A DNA stretch of 64,000 nt from Eledone cirrhosa (GCA_964016885.1 OZ024766.1:11346001-11410000); one strand, 5' to 3'. Shown: positions 1-10,896, counted from the first letter of the stretch. Translations and numbers: made by a program. The notes: a model not told the origin generated them from the letters alone.

Positions 1-1053
1 AGCAGCAACAACAAGATCAACAACAACAACAACAGCAGCAGCAGCAACAAAACATATCCGCTCCCGTAGAAGAGGTGACGTGTGACCTTTTGAATTTGGG
101 AGATGACGCACCAATGCCCACCCCATCTTCTGGCGGTGGGGTCGCGGGTGGAGCAGGAGCGCCGTCGGATCTTTCCGGCCAGATGAACCTGTTGGATATG
201 GGAAGCGACCCAACCCCGATGCCTCCGATGAGTAACTTTGACCTGTTGAGTGGCGTAGGAGGGGTTGGCTCTGTGGGCCCTGCCTCTTCGAGGACCGACC
301 AGGGTCACTCTCATCAGCAGCCTAACCAGAATCAAACGCAGGGCCAGGGTGGTTTAGGGACTTCCGGTTCTACGGGGTCGTTAGGGGCTACAACGTCCTC
401 GTCTTCTCCCCAAAAGAAGGCCCCTGCTACCACTGCTGGTGAACCAAAGATACAGTTCGACAGCTTTGACCCCTTCCAGCTGTCATCCGGAGGGCCCTCG
501 CCCACGACAAACCCCTCTTCAGGGGGTGTAACTCCTGCGATGACGTCGAAACCAGACGACCTACTGTTCAACCTTCTGGACAGCGACCAGAAAAGCTCCG
601 GAGGTCCAAGCCCCAACCCTCAGGGATTGGGGCTGCTCGGTTCCGGTACGACCAATTCGAGGGCTTCACCGACGGTCAGTTTTGATTTGATGGGCTCCTG
701 GGAGGACGGAGGGCTGGGCTGCGGCGGGGGGAAGACGACCCCAACGCCAACGGCCAACCTCAGCGGTTCGACAAGCAACCTCTTCCCGGGCAACCTCCCA
801 AAAAAGAACCCCAGTTTCCCCTCGGGACTGCACCTCCTCAACGCCGGCAACACCACCTCGACCACCTCCTCCAACAACAACAACACCAGCGCCACCTCCA
901 ACGGGGGGCACGGCATGGCTGGAATGTCTCTCGGTGCCAACCTGTTGCGTACCTCATCTGCTGCTGCTTCTATGAACACCATGGGACAGGCACGACTCTC
1001 GCCGGCCACCAGCTTGCAGAACATTGGGTCCTCAGACCCTTTTGCTGACCTGG
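1..1053 (+). CDS. GAK: GAK/auxilin internal exon (5' end outside window): polyQ plus low-complexity clathrin/adaptor-binding region
   Basis: Frame is open from nt 3 (QQQQDQQQ...VTCDLLNL...FDSFDPF...DDLLFNLLD...FDLMGSW...SDPFADL), with DPF and DLL motifs typical of auxilin/GAK. Donor G|GTAAGC at 1054, phase 1, matches the next exon. Confidence 0.85.
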
Positions 1054-1069
1054 GTAAGCTCAATCTATC

Positions 1070-1482
1070 TTTTGTTATATCTTTTCTTTTCTTCTCTTTC
1101 CCCCCCCTCCCCTCCTCTTTTTTATGTCCCGATGAAGGACAAGTGTCTGAAACATTAACTCTTTTTCAACTTTTGTTCCATCTTTTGTTTTCTTTCCGCC
1201 TCTCTTTTTTGTTTTGATGAAGGACTAGTATCCGAAACGTTAAGACTCTTTTCCATCTTTTGTTTTCCTTTTCCCCCCTCTTTATTTTATGTTCCGGTGA
1301 AGGACTAGTATCCAAAACGTTAAGACTCTTTTCCATCTTTTGTTTTCCTTTTTCCTCCTCTTTATTTTATGTTCCGGTGAAGGACTAGTATCCAAAACGT
1401 TAAGACTCTTTTCCATCTTTTGTTTTCCTTTTCCCCCTCTTTATTTTATGTTCCGATGAAGGACTAGTATCTGAAACGATTC
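1070..1482 (+). repeat. Tandem ~80-bp repeat (5 copies), each with a degenerate minimal hammerhead core (PLE-like)
   Basis: Cores at 1129, 1214, 1294, 1374 and 1453 follow (C/T)(C/T)G(A/G)TGA-A-GGAC-TAGT-(G/A)TCC-GAAACGTT. Confidence 0.7.
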
Positions 1483-1548
1483 AATATATTTTCCCTTCCC
1501 CAAAATTGCCAGCCTTGTGTCTAAATCAGAAACCATTATTATTATTAT

Positions 1549-2163
1549 GGTGGTGGATTGACAGTATCGGGAGAAGGTCAGACGCCGTGCCTTGCAGCAC
1601 AGAGTTAAGGCCCTTTACGTTCTGAGTTTAAATCCTGCCGAGGTTAACTTTGCCTTTCATCCTTACGGGTTCGATAAAATAAAGTACCAGTAATACACTG
1701 GGTTAGATTTAATCAACTTTCTTCACTCCCCCCCAAATTGCTGGCCTCATGCCTAAATCAGAAGCCATTATTTATTTATGCAGCATAGAGTTATGGCCCT
1801 TTGCCTTCTGAGTTCAAATCCCACCAAGGTTAGCTTTGCTTTTCATCCTTACGGGGGTTGATAAAATAAAGTACCAGTAATACACTGGGGTAATTGCTGG
1901 CCTTGTGCCGAAAGTAGAAACAATTATTACAGGGTCGATAAAATAAAGTACCAGTAATACACTGGGGTAATTGCTGGCCTTGTGCCTAAAGTAGAAACAA
2001 TTATTACAGGGTTGATAAAATAAAGTACCAGTAATACACTGAGATAATTGCTGGCCTTGTACCAAAAGTAGAAACAGTTATTACGGGGTTGATAAAATAA
2101 AGTACCAGTAATACACTGAGGTAATTGCTGGCCTTGTGCCAAAAGTAGAAACAATTATTATTA
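1549..2163 (+). mobile_element. Two tandem tRNA-derived SINEs with a Nin/Deu-like central domain; the second has four 77-bp tandem copies of its 3' part
   Basis: B-box-like GAGTTCAAATCC; domain GCCTTTCATCCTTACGGGGTTGATAAAATAAAGTACCAG; (ATT)n tails; 77-bp period over 1856-2163. Confidence 0.75.
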
Positions 2164-2199
2164 TGTCTAATATCAAAATAATGTTCTGTTTTTCACCAG

Positions 2200-2325
2200 G
2201 TAACTTAACGTCAATGAAATCACCTGGCAGTACCAGTAATTTATCAGCCACCTCCCCTGCTACAGCATCATGGCAACAAGCCAGCCCTCAACAACCCAAG
2301 ACAGCGTTTAGTGGGTTGTATTCAG
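2200..2325 (+). CDS. GAK: GAK/auxilin exon (126 nt)
   Basis: Acceptor TTCTGTTTTTCACCAG at 2198-2199, donor AG|GTAAGA at 2326; phase 1/1; encodes GNLTSMKSPGSTSNLSATSPATASWQQASPQQPKTAFSGLYS. Confidence 0.8.
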
Positions 2326-2385
2326 GTAAGAGTCAATCTCATATTTTCTCCAGCTGTTCCTAAAAACTTGGCATTTTCCAATATA

Positions 2386-5300
2386 TCATCATCATCATCG
2401 TTTAACGTCCATCTTCCACGCCAGCATGGGTTAGACGGGAATTGTCCCACTTGAGGCAAGATTGGTCGGCTGACCGTGTCTCGCTTGTATAGGACTGTCT
2501 GGCAGGTTTTTTTTACGGCTGGATGTCCTTCCTAACACCAACCACATTTACAGTGTGGACTGGGAGCCTTTTTACTGTGTCTCCTACACGACCACTTTAC
2601 AGTGTGGCCTGGGAGCCTTTTTACTGTGTCTCCTACATGACCACTTTACAGTGTGGACTGGGAGGTTTTTACCGTGTCTCCTACATGACCACTTTACAGT
2701 GTGGACTGGGAGCCTTTTTACCGTGTCTTCTACACGACCACTTTACAGTGTGGACTGGGAGCCTTTTTACTGTGTCTCCTACACGACCACTTTACAGTGT
2801 GGACTGGGAGCCTTTTTACCATGTCTCCTACATGACTACTTTACAGTGTGGACTGGGAGCCTTTTTACTGTGTCTACTACATGACCACTTTACAGTGTGG
2901 ACTGGGAGCCTTTTTACTGTGTCTCCTACACGGCCACTTTACAGTGTGGACTGGGAGCCTTTTTACTGTGTCTCCTACATGACCACTTTACAGTGTGGAC
3001 TGGGAGCCTTTTTACTGTGTCTCCTACATGACCACTTTACAGTGTGGACTGGGAGCCTTTTTACTGTGTCTCCTACATGACCACTTTACAGTGTGGACTG
3101 GGAGGTTTTTACCGTGTCTCCTACACGACCACTTTACAGTGTGGACTGGGAGTCTTTTTACTGTGTCCCCTACATGACCACTTTACAGTGTGGACTGGGA
3201 GGTTTTTACTGTGTCTCCTACGTAACTACTTTACAGTGTGGACTGGGAGGTTTTTAATGTCTCTCCTACACGACCACTTTACAGTGTGGACTGGGAGCCT
3301 TTTTACTGTGTCTCCTACATGACCACTTTACAGTGTGGACTGGGAGCCTTTTTACTGTGTCTCCTACACGACCACTTTACAGTGTGGACTGGGAGCCTTT
3401 TTACTGTGTCTCCTACACGACCACTTTACAGTGTGGACTGGGAGCCTTTTTACTGTGTCTCCTACATGACCACTTTACAGTGTGGACTGGGAGCCTTTTT
3501 ACTGTGTCTCCTACACGACCACTTTACAGTGTGGACTGGGAGCCTTTTTACTGTGTCTCCTACACTACCACTTTACAGTGTGGACTGGGAGCCTTTATAC
3601 CGTGTCTCCTACATGACCACTTTACAGTCTGGACTGGGAGCCTTTTTACTGTGTCTCCTACACTACCACTTTACAGTGTGGACTGGGAGCCTTTTTACTG
3701 TGTCTCCTACACTACCACTTTACAGTGTGGACTGGGAACTTTTTACTGTGTTACCTACATGACCACATTACAATGTGGACTGGGAGCCTTTTTACTGTGT
3801 CTCCTACATGACCACTTTACAGTGTGGACTGGGAGCCTTTTTACTGTGTCTCCTACACTACCACTTTACAGTGTGGACTGGGAACTTTTTACTGTGTTAC
3901 CTACATGACCACATTACAATGTGGACTGGGAGCCTTTTTACAGTGTCTCCTATACGACCACTTTACAGTGTGGACTGGGAGGTTTTTACTGTGTCTCCTA
4001 CACGACCACTTTACAGTGTGGACTGGGAGGTTTTTACTGTGTCTCCTACACGACCACTTTACAGTGTGGACTGGGAGGTTTTTACTGTGTCTCGTACATG
4101 ACCACTTTACAGTGTGGACTGGGAGCCTTTTTACTGTGTCTCCTACACAACCACTTTACAGTGTGGACTGGGAGGTTTTTACTGTGTCTCCTACATGACC
4201 ACATTACAGTGTGGACTGGGAGCTTTTTACTGTGTCTCCTACATGACCACATTACAGTGTGGACTGGGAGCTTTTTACTGTGTCTCCTACATAACTACTT
4301 TACAGTGTGGACTGGGAGCCTTTTTACTGTGTCTCCTACATGACCACTTTACAGTGTGGACTGGGAGCCTTTTTACTTTTTCTCCTACATGACCACCTTA
4401 CAGTGTGGACTGGGAGCCTTTTTACTGTGTCTCCTACATGACCACTTTACAGTGTGGACTGGGAGCCTTTTTACTTTTTCTCCTACACGACCACCTTACA
4501 GTGTGGACTGGGAGCCTTTTTACTTTTTCTCCTACACGACCACCTTACAGTGTGGACTGGGAGCCTTTTTACTGTGTCTCCTACATGACCACTTTACAGT
4601 GTGGACTGGGAGCCTTTTTACTGTGTCTCCTACACGACCACTTTACAGTGTGGACTGGGAGCCTTTTTACTGTGTCTCCTACATGACCACTTTACATTGT
4701 GGACTGGGAGCCTTTTTACCGTGTCTCCTACACAACCACTTTACAGTGTGAACTGGGAGCCTTTTTACTGTGTCTCCTACATGACCACTTTACAGTGTGG
4801 ACTGGGAGGTTTTTACTGTGTCTCCTACATGACCACTTTACAGTGTGGACTGGGAGCCTTTTTACTGTGTCTCCTACATGACCACTTTACAGTGTGGACT
4901 GGGAGCCTTTTTACCATGTCTCCTACACAACCACTTTACAGTGTGAACTGGGAGCCTTTTTACTGTGTCTCCTACACTACCACTTTACAGTGTGGACTGG
5001 GAGGTTTTTACTGTGTCTCCTACAGGACCACTTTACAGTGTGGACTGGGAGGTTTTTACCGTGTCTCCTAGATGACCACTTTACAGTGTGGACTGGGAGT
5101 CTTTTTACTGTGTCCCCTACATGACCACTTTACAGTGTGGACTGGGAGGTTTTTACTGTGTCTCCTACACTACCACTTTACAGTGTGGACTGGGAGGTTT
5201 TTACTGTGTCTCCTACCCGGCCACTTTACAGTGTGGACTGGGAGCCTTTTTACTGTGTCTCCTACCCGGCCACTTTACAGTGTGGACTGGGAGCCTTTTT

Positions 5301-5731
5301 ACTGTGTCTCCTACACTACCACTTTACAGTGTGGCCTGGGAGCCTTTTTACCATGTCTCCTACATGACCACTTTACAGTGTGAACTGGGAGCCTTTTTAC
5401 TGTGTCTCCTACATGACCACTTTACAGTGTGGACTGGGAACTTTTTACTGTGTTACCTACATGACCACATTACAATGTGGACTGGGAGCCTTTTTACCAT
5501 GTCTCCTACATGACCACTTTACAGTGTGAACTGTGTGTTTTTTTTTTGTTGTGACTCCTACACAACCTCATTAGTTTAGACTGGATGTTATGGTACCAAC
5601 ATAGCTTTATAGAGAAAGGGGTGCTGTTGGTGGGAGTAGGGTAGTAGGTTGGGGTGTGTTTGGTATGGAGGGGCCTACTGACTGTAGGTTAACTTTGCAT
5701 GTAGGGAAGGCGGGACTTCTGTAATACTGCA
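2386..5731 (-). mobile_element. Non-autonomous RTE-derived element with a (GAT)n tail and an internally expanded minisatellite
   Basis: (CAT)n-CGTTTAACGTCC tail at 2386, GGATGTCCTTCCTAACACCAACC motif, and 5530-5731 is the reverse complement of the linker seen at 6130-6340 and 8398-8595. Confidence 0.8.
2549..5532. repeat. 48-49 bp minisatellite, about 60 copies
   Basis: Unit CAGTGTGGACTGGGAGCCTTTTTACTGTGTCTCCTACATGACCACTTTA. Confidence 0.97.
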
Positions 5732-5752
5732 TATTATATATATATATATATA

Positions 5753-6555
5753 CGAACAGCAATGCTGCATGGCAGTGAGACCTGGGCATTGTGTGCAGAG
5801 GATATACGCAGACTAGAGAGGAACGAAGCTTGCATGCTCCGCTGGATGTGTAACAGTAATATACGTGAACGGCAAAGCATAAACGAACTAAGGAATAAAT
5901 TAGAGATAAGAGGGATCAGATGTTGTTTACTCGAGAGAAGGCTACGTTGGTATGGACACGTGATGCGCATGAAAGTCGATAGCTGTATAACAAAGTGCAG
6001 GGCAATAAAGATAGACGGTAGTCACGGAATAGGCAGACCTAGAAAAACCTGGGACGAGCTGATAAACTCCGACATCACACACTTACACCTCTCCAAGACA
6101 ATGTCACTGGACCGAGACCTTTGGCGGTACTCAGTAACAGAGAAGACCCGCCTTACCTAAATATATAGTAAAACCTACTCCAGCCAGTAGGCATCTCTAA
6201 CAAAATACACCCCGTCCCACCACCCCCACCCCCACCCGATCCACACCACCCCGTTCTATGTAAAGTTATGTTGGTGCCGCGCCATCGAGGCCGAAACAAA
6301 TGAGATCGTGTAGGTGTCACGACAAAAAAACACACAGTCCACGCTGTAATGTGGCCGTGTAGGCAACACGGTAAAAACCTCCCAGACCCACACTGTAAAT
6401 GTGGTTGGTGTTAGGAAGGGCATCCAACTGTAGAAAACCTGCCAGACAGTCCTATGCGAGCAAGACAATCACTCTTGCCTCAAGTGGGACTACCCCCGTC
6501 CAAACCCATGCAAGCGTGGAACACGGACGTTAAACGTTGATGATGATGATGATGA
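5753..6555 (+). mobile_element. 5'-truncated RTE-clade LINE fragment fused to a SINE-like 3' module
   Basis: Encodes MLHGSETW...RRLRWYGHVMRM...GRPRKTW...DRDLWR (RTE C-terminus), followed by GGTTGGTGTTAGGAAGGGCATCCA and a GGACGTTAAACG(TGA)n tail. Confidence 0.88.
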
Positions 6556-6640
6556 TATATATATATTAACAATTTATATTAGCGAGCTTATACTATTAAG
6601 ACTATGCTAAGATATGTCAATATCTTAGCACCAAATATTA

Positions 6641-6698
6641 TATTTTATCTGATGAAAGCACACAAGATCTTTGTCCTTGAAATACGTATAATGAAATA
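6641..6698 (+). ncRNA. Type I hammerhead ribozyme motif (family B), within a PLE-like AT-rich element spanning about 6570-7186
   Basis: Helix I TATTTTAT(6641-48)/ATGAAATA(6691-98); CTGATGA at 6649-55; helix II AAG.ACA/TGT.CTT; GAAA at 6679-82; palindromic helix III ATACGTAT; predicted cleavage after AUA (6690). Confidence 0.72.
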
Positions 6699-6788
6699 AA
6701 TATGGTATTATAAATGATATTTTCCATTTATTAATATTGTTAATATTAATAATACTCCAGATAACTCTGTAGAGTGCTTCTAATCAAC

Positions 6789-7126
6789 ATTATCATCATC
6801 ATCATCATCATCATTTTACGCCTGCTTTTCCCTGCTTGCAAGGGTGGGACGGGTCTTATTCAGCACAGCATCTCTCCACTTGTCACGGTCCTTCGTCATC
6901 TCCACCGTCAGCTTCAGCTTGCCTCATTTCTCTCCAGCCGTTGCATATCCTCTGCAGTTGCTGCCCATGTCTCACTACCATGCAGCATCGCGCTCCTCAC
7001 ACTGGCATCATATAACCGGCCTTTCGTACCCAGAGAGAAACCCTTCTTCATCAGCAGAGGGAGCAGCTCCCTAAACTTCTTCCTTATTCTAGATACTATG
7101 GCCTCGGAACACCCCTTACCATGCTA
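6789..7126 (-). mobile_element. Internally deleted RTE LINE 3' fragment nested in the PLE-like element
   Basis: Minus strand reads GCSEAIVSRIRKKFRELLPLL...KGRLYDASVRSAMLHGSETW...// ...KDRDKWRDAVLNKTRPTLASREKQA*, then a (GAT)n tail. The host sequence resumes colinearly with the 15089-15290 copy. Confidence 0.85.
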
Positions 7127-7321
7127 ATCTGATCTGTTATAAAAATAACTTCGTTGAATAATCAACAATCCATATAACTCATTGTTTATATATATATATG
7201 TATATATATATATATGTATATATATATATGTCAACATGAATGGACCTATTGTTTTTATCTAAAGACATTTTTTTCCAATTCCACCCCGCCCGTCCCCTCA
7301 ATCTATTTTATTTCTCATTTT

Positions 7322-7435
7322 TTCTTCTGATAAAGGACTAGCGTCCGAAACGTTAACACCCTTTTCCTGCTATATCAAGCGTTAACCTAATATATTCCTT
7401 CCATATACTGTACCGATTGTGTTGTTATTTTTATA
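7322..7435 (+). mobile_element. PLE-like fragment with a hammerhead motif (family A, G8>A)
   Basis: CTGATAA-A-GGAC-TAGC-GTCC-GAAACGTT-AAC. The downstream CTAATATATTCCTTCCATATACTGTACCGATTGTGTTGTTATTT recurs at 10654-10697. Confidence 0.6.
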
Positions 7436-7599
7436 ACCCGTCTAACCCATGCTAGCGTGGAAGAACGGACGTAAAACGGTGATGATGATGATGAATATCT
7501 AATATATATATATAAATATATAATATAATATCTAATATATATATATAAATATATAATATAATATCTAATATATATATATATATATATATATTAAAAAAA

Positions 7600-7825
7600 A
7601 AAACTCACAGTCCACGCTGTAATGTGGTCGTGTAGGTAACATGGTAAAAAGTTCCCAGTCCACACTGTAATGTGGTTTATGTTAGGAAGGGCGTCCAGCC
7701 GTAGAAAGCCTGCCAGACAGTCCTATATGAGCGAGACACGGTCACCCAACCAACCTTGCTTCAAGTGGCACAACTCCAGTCTAACCCATGCTAGCATGGA
7801 AGATGGACGTTAAACAATGATGATA
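7600..7825 (+). mobile_element. 3' module of the RTE-derived SINE-like element
   Basis: CCCAGTCCACACTGTAA...GTTAGGAAGGGCGTCCAGCCGTAGAAA...CTAACCCATGCTAGCATGGAAGATGGACGTTAAAC(AAT)GATGAT. Confidence 0.8.
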
Positions 7826-7837
7826 TATATATTATAT

Positions 7838-8803
7838 GTGGCCGGTGCTCTGGTGCAATAAGTAGCAGCAAGTACCCACAGAACACTAGCTCATTCCATT
7901 GCACAGATGGTTCTATAGAAATAGTGGACAGCTTCTGTTACCTGGGTGACAAAATCAGCAGTGGGGGAGGGTGCTCTGAAAGTACAGTAGTTGAAAGTAC
8001 AGTGTATGATGCCTGCATACGAACAGCAATGTTGCATGGCAGTGAGACCTGGGCATTGTGTGTAGAGGATATACGCAGACTGGAGAGGAACGAAGCTTGC
8101 ATGCTCCGTTGGATGTGTAATAGTAATATACGTGAACGGCAAAGCATAAACGAACTAAGGGAGAAATTAGGAATAAGGGGGTCAGATGTTGTTTACTCGA
8201 GAAAAGACTACGTTGGTATGGTCACGTGATGCGCATGAAAGACGACAGCTGTATAACAAAGTGCAGGGCGATAAAAATAGACGGTAGCCACGGAGTAGGC
8301 AGACCCAGAAAAACATGGGACGACTTGATAAATTCCGACCTCACACACTTACACCTCTCCAAGACAATGTCACTGGACCGAGACCTTTGGCGCTACACAG
8401 TAATACAGAAGACCCGCCTTGCCTAAGTACAAAGCGAAACCTACAGTCGGTAGGCACCTCTAACAAAATACACCCCGTCCCACTACCCCCACCCTATCCA
8501 CACCACCCCTTAAATGTGAAGTTATGTTGGTACCACAACATCCAGTCCGAAACAAATGAGGTCGTGTAGGTGTCACGACAAAAAAACACACAGTCCACGC
8601 TGTAATGTGGCCGTGTAGATAACACGGTAAAAACCTCCCAGCCCCACACTGTAAACGTGGTTGGTGTTAGGGAGGGCATCCAGCCGTAGAAAACCCGCCA
8701 GACAGTCCTGAGCAAGACAACCACTCTTGCCTCAAGTAGGACAATTCCCATCTAGACCCATGCTAGCGTGGAAAATGGACGTTAAACAATGATGATGAAG
8801 ATG
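7838..8803 (+). mobile_element. Second copy of the RTE fragment plus SINE-like 3' module (internal deletion and frameshift)
   Basis: EIVDSFCYLGDKISSGGGCSES//VYDACIRTAMLHGSETW...GRPRKTW; clearly similar to 5753-6555 along its length. Confidence 0.88.
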
Positions 8804-8820
8804 ATATATATATATATATA

Positions 8821-8949
8821 TCACTGAAGCTCACGGAGGAGATGATGAAGGACAGTGACAAGTGGAGAGATGCTGAGCTGAATAGGACCCGTCCCACCCT
8901 TGCAAGCAGGGAAAAGTGGACATAAAATGATAATGATGATGATGATGAT
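8821..8949 (+). mobile_element. Short RTE LINE 3' end (same family as 6789-7126)
   Basis: GACAAGTGGAGAGATGCTG...GACCCGTCCCACCCTTGCAAGCAGGGAAAAG followed by (GAT)n. Confidence 0.8.
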
Positions 8950-8974
8950 ATGAGATATATGTTTGTATTTTCAG

Positions 8975-9175
8975 GTGGTGCTACAACAGGTGGGGCTCCT
9001 GGCTGGCAACAAACACCAAATAGCCAGGTGCCTTCGTCACCCAAGAAACAACAACAACAACAACCCCAGTCAGGTGCCACACAGACGACACATAAAGCAG
9101 CTTTTGGCCCCGGTTCTGGGCCTGGCCCGAGTGTTATTGGGAGCAGAGATGATAGAGGGACTCGTAAGCCTTTTG
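8975..9175 (+). CDS. GAK: GAK/auxilin exon (201 nt)
   Basis: Acceptor TTTGTATTTTCAG, donor G|GTAAGG at 9176; phase 1/1; ends SVIGSRDDRGTRKPF, resembling the vertebrate GAK/auxilin SVIG.REERG...P.F segment. Confidence 0.88.
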
Positions 9176-9277
9176 GTAAGGGTTGTTTCTTTTTTTTTGG
9201 GGGGGGGGGGGGGTATTTTGTTTTTTTTTATTTTGCAGGGGTTGGGTTTTGACGGAAAAATTTTGTATCTGTGACTC

Positions 9278-9990
9278 CTCTCTCTCTCTGTCTCTCTCAC
9301 CCTCTCTCTCTCTCTTGCTTTCTCTCTCTCTCTCTTTCTCTCTTGCTTTCTCTCTCTCTCTCTCTCTTTCTCTGTCTGTCTCACTCTCTCTCTCTCTCTG
9401 TCTCTCTGACCCCCTCTCTCTCTGTCTCTCTCACTCTCTCACCCTCTCTCTCACTCTTTCTCTCTTGCTTTCTCTCTCTCTCTCTCTCTCTTGCTTTCTC
9501 TCTCTCTCTCTCTCTCCTTTCTCTGTCTGTCTCACTCCCTCTCTTTTTCTCTCACACTCTCTCTCTCTTTTTCTGTCTCATTTTCTTTCATCCACCCCCT
9601 CTTTCTCTCACCCTCCCTCTCTCTCTTTCTCCCTCTCTCTCCCTCTAGCTTTCCTCTCTCTCCCTCTCTTTCTCTGTCTGTCTCACCCCCCACTCTTTCT
9701 CTCTGTCCTATCTTTTTCACTTTCTCTCTCGCTCCCTCCCCCCTTCTCTTTATCTGACGTTGGTGGTGGTGATGATGATGTTAGTGATGGTGAATGTGAC
9801 GACCATGATGTTGGTGTTGGCGGTGATGGCGAAAGATGTGGTGTTGATGAGGATGATGATGATGATCATCATCATCACCATCATCACCATCACCATCACC
9901 ACCATCACCATCACCATCATCACCATCATCATCACCATCATCATCATCACCATCATCACCATCATCATCATCATCATGGTGGTGGTAATG
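9278..9990. repeat. (CT)n-rich tract followed by (GAT/GGT)n and (CAT/CAC)n microsatellites
   Basis: Direct inspection of the sequence. Confidence 0.95.
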
Positions 9991-10116
9991 GCGATATGAC
10001 TGACAATCAAATGTTGAATGCCCCCCACTCCCCCCGTCCGTCCCGTCCCTTTCTCGAGCTAAACTAACAAAGGAACAACCTCTCATCTTCTCCCTCGGAA
10101 CTTCCATTCATTCCAG

Positions 10117-10256
10117 GTCCCAAACCTAAAGTCGGTACAGACACATTTGGAGATCTCCTCGGAGGGTTCACTTCCAGGAAGCCCAATGAACCGCGCACAA
10201 TTGGAGAGATGAGGAAGGACGTGCTAGCCAAAGAGATGGACCCGGACAAACTAAAG
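10117..10256 (+). CDS. GAK: GAK/auxilin exon (140 nt) preceding the J domain
   Basis: Acceptor TTCATTCCAG, donor AAG|GTAACC; phase 1/0; encodes GPKPKVGTDTFGDLLGGFTSRKPNEPRTIGEMRKDVLAKEMDPDKLK, matching the GAK pattern KPKV...F.DLL..GF....P.TI.EMRK..LAK..DP.KLK. Confidence 0.93.
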
Positions 10257-10276
10257 GTAACCATAGATGACCCCTT

Positions 10277-10653
10277 TGTTGTTGGTGTTGGTGGTGGTGT
10301 TGTTACTGTTGTTACTGTTGTTGTTGGTGGTGGTGGTGGTGGTGGTGGTGTTAGTGTTGGTGGTGGTGGTGTTGTTGTTACTGTTGTTGTTGGTGGTGGT
10401 GTTACTGTTGTTACTGTTGTTACTGTTGTTGTTGCTGTTGTTGGTGGTGGTGTTGTTACTGTTGTTGTTGCTGTTGTTGGTGGTGGTGGTGTAACTGTTG
10501 TTGTTACTGTTGTTACTGTTGTTGGTGGTGTTGTTGTTGTTGGTGGTGTTGTTACTGTTGTTGGTGGTGGTGGTGTTGTTGTTACTGTTGTTGTTGCTGT
10601 TGTTGTTGTTGTTGTTGTTACTGTTGTTGTTACTGTTGGTGGTGTTGTTGTTA
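10277..10653. repeat. (GTT/GGT/ACT)n trinucleotide tract
   Basis: Direct inspection; begins about 20 nt after the exon donor. Confidence 0.95.
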
Positions 10654-10732
10654 CTAATATATCCCTTCCATATACTGTACTGATTGTGTTGTTATTTCTA
10701 TTTACCTTTTACATATATATATATATATATAT

Positions 10733-10896
10733 ATAGCAGAGTATAACAGTTTTAATATAGATGAGATTCTACAGGACTAGAACTGTTTCATTCATTAGAA
10801 ATCATCAGGAATATGGATTCCTGATGATTTCTAATGAATGAAACAGTTCTAGTCCTGTAGAATCTCATCTATATTAAAACTGTTATACTCTGCTAT
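10733..10896. repeat. Perfect inverted repeat: 80-bp arms with a 4-nt loop
   Basis: 10733-10812 is the exact reverse complement of 10817-10896; loop ATGG. Confidence 0.97.
10816..10864 (+). ncRNA. Type I hammerhead ribozyme motif (family C)
   Basis: Helix I GATTC(10816-20)/GAATC(10860-64); CTGATGA at 10821-27; helix II TTC/GAA with a U-U base; GAAA at 10840-43; helix III ACAG/CTGT around loop TTCTAGTC; predicted cleavage after GUA (10859). Confidence 0.72.

Noticed and set aside
1054-1217. Hydrophobic C-terminal extension of ORF 75..1217
   Set aside because: Read-through into a pyrimidine-rich intron past the GT donor at 1054; not a transmembrane segment.
2549-5532. CRISPR-like appearance and long ORFs in the 48-49 bp arrays (also 12878-15019, 20087-24017, 44385-47428)
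   Set aside because: The units are head-to-tail with no unique spacers, there are no cas genes and the context is eukaryotic. The ORFs are translations of tandem repeats.
9183-10736. Poly-His, poly-Val, poly-Leu and Ser-Leu ORFs
   Set aside because: Microsatellite translations within GAK introns; only 10117-10256 is a real exon.
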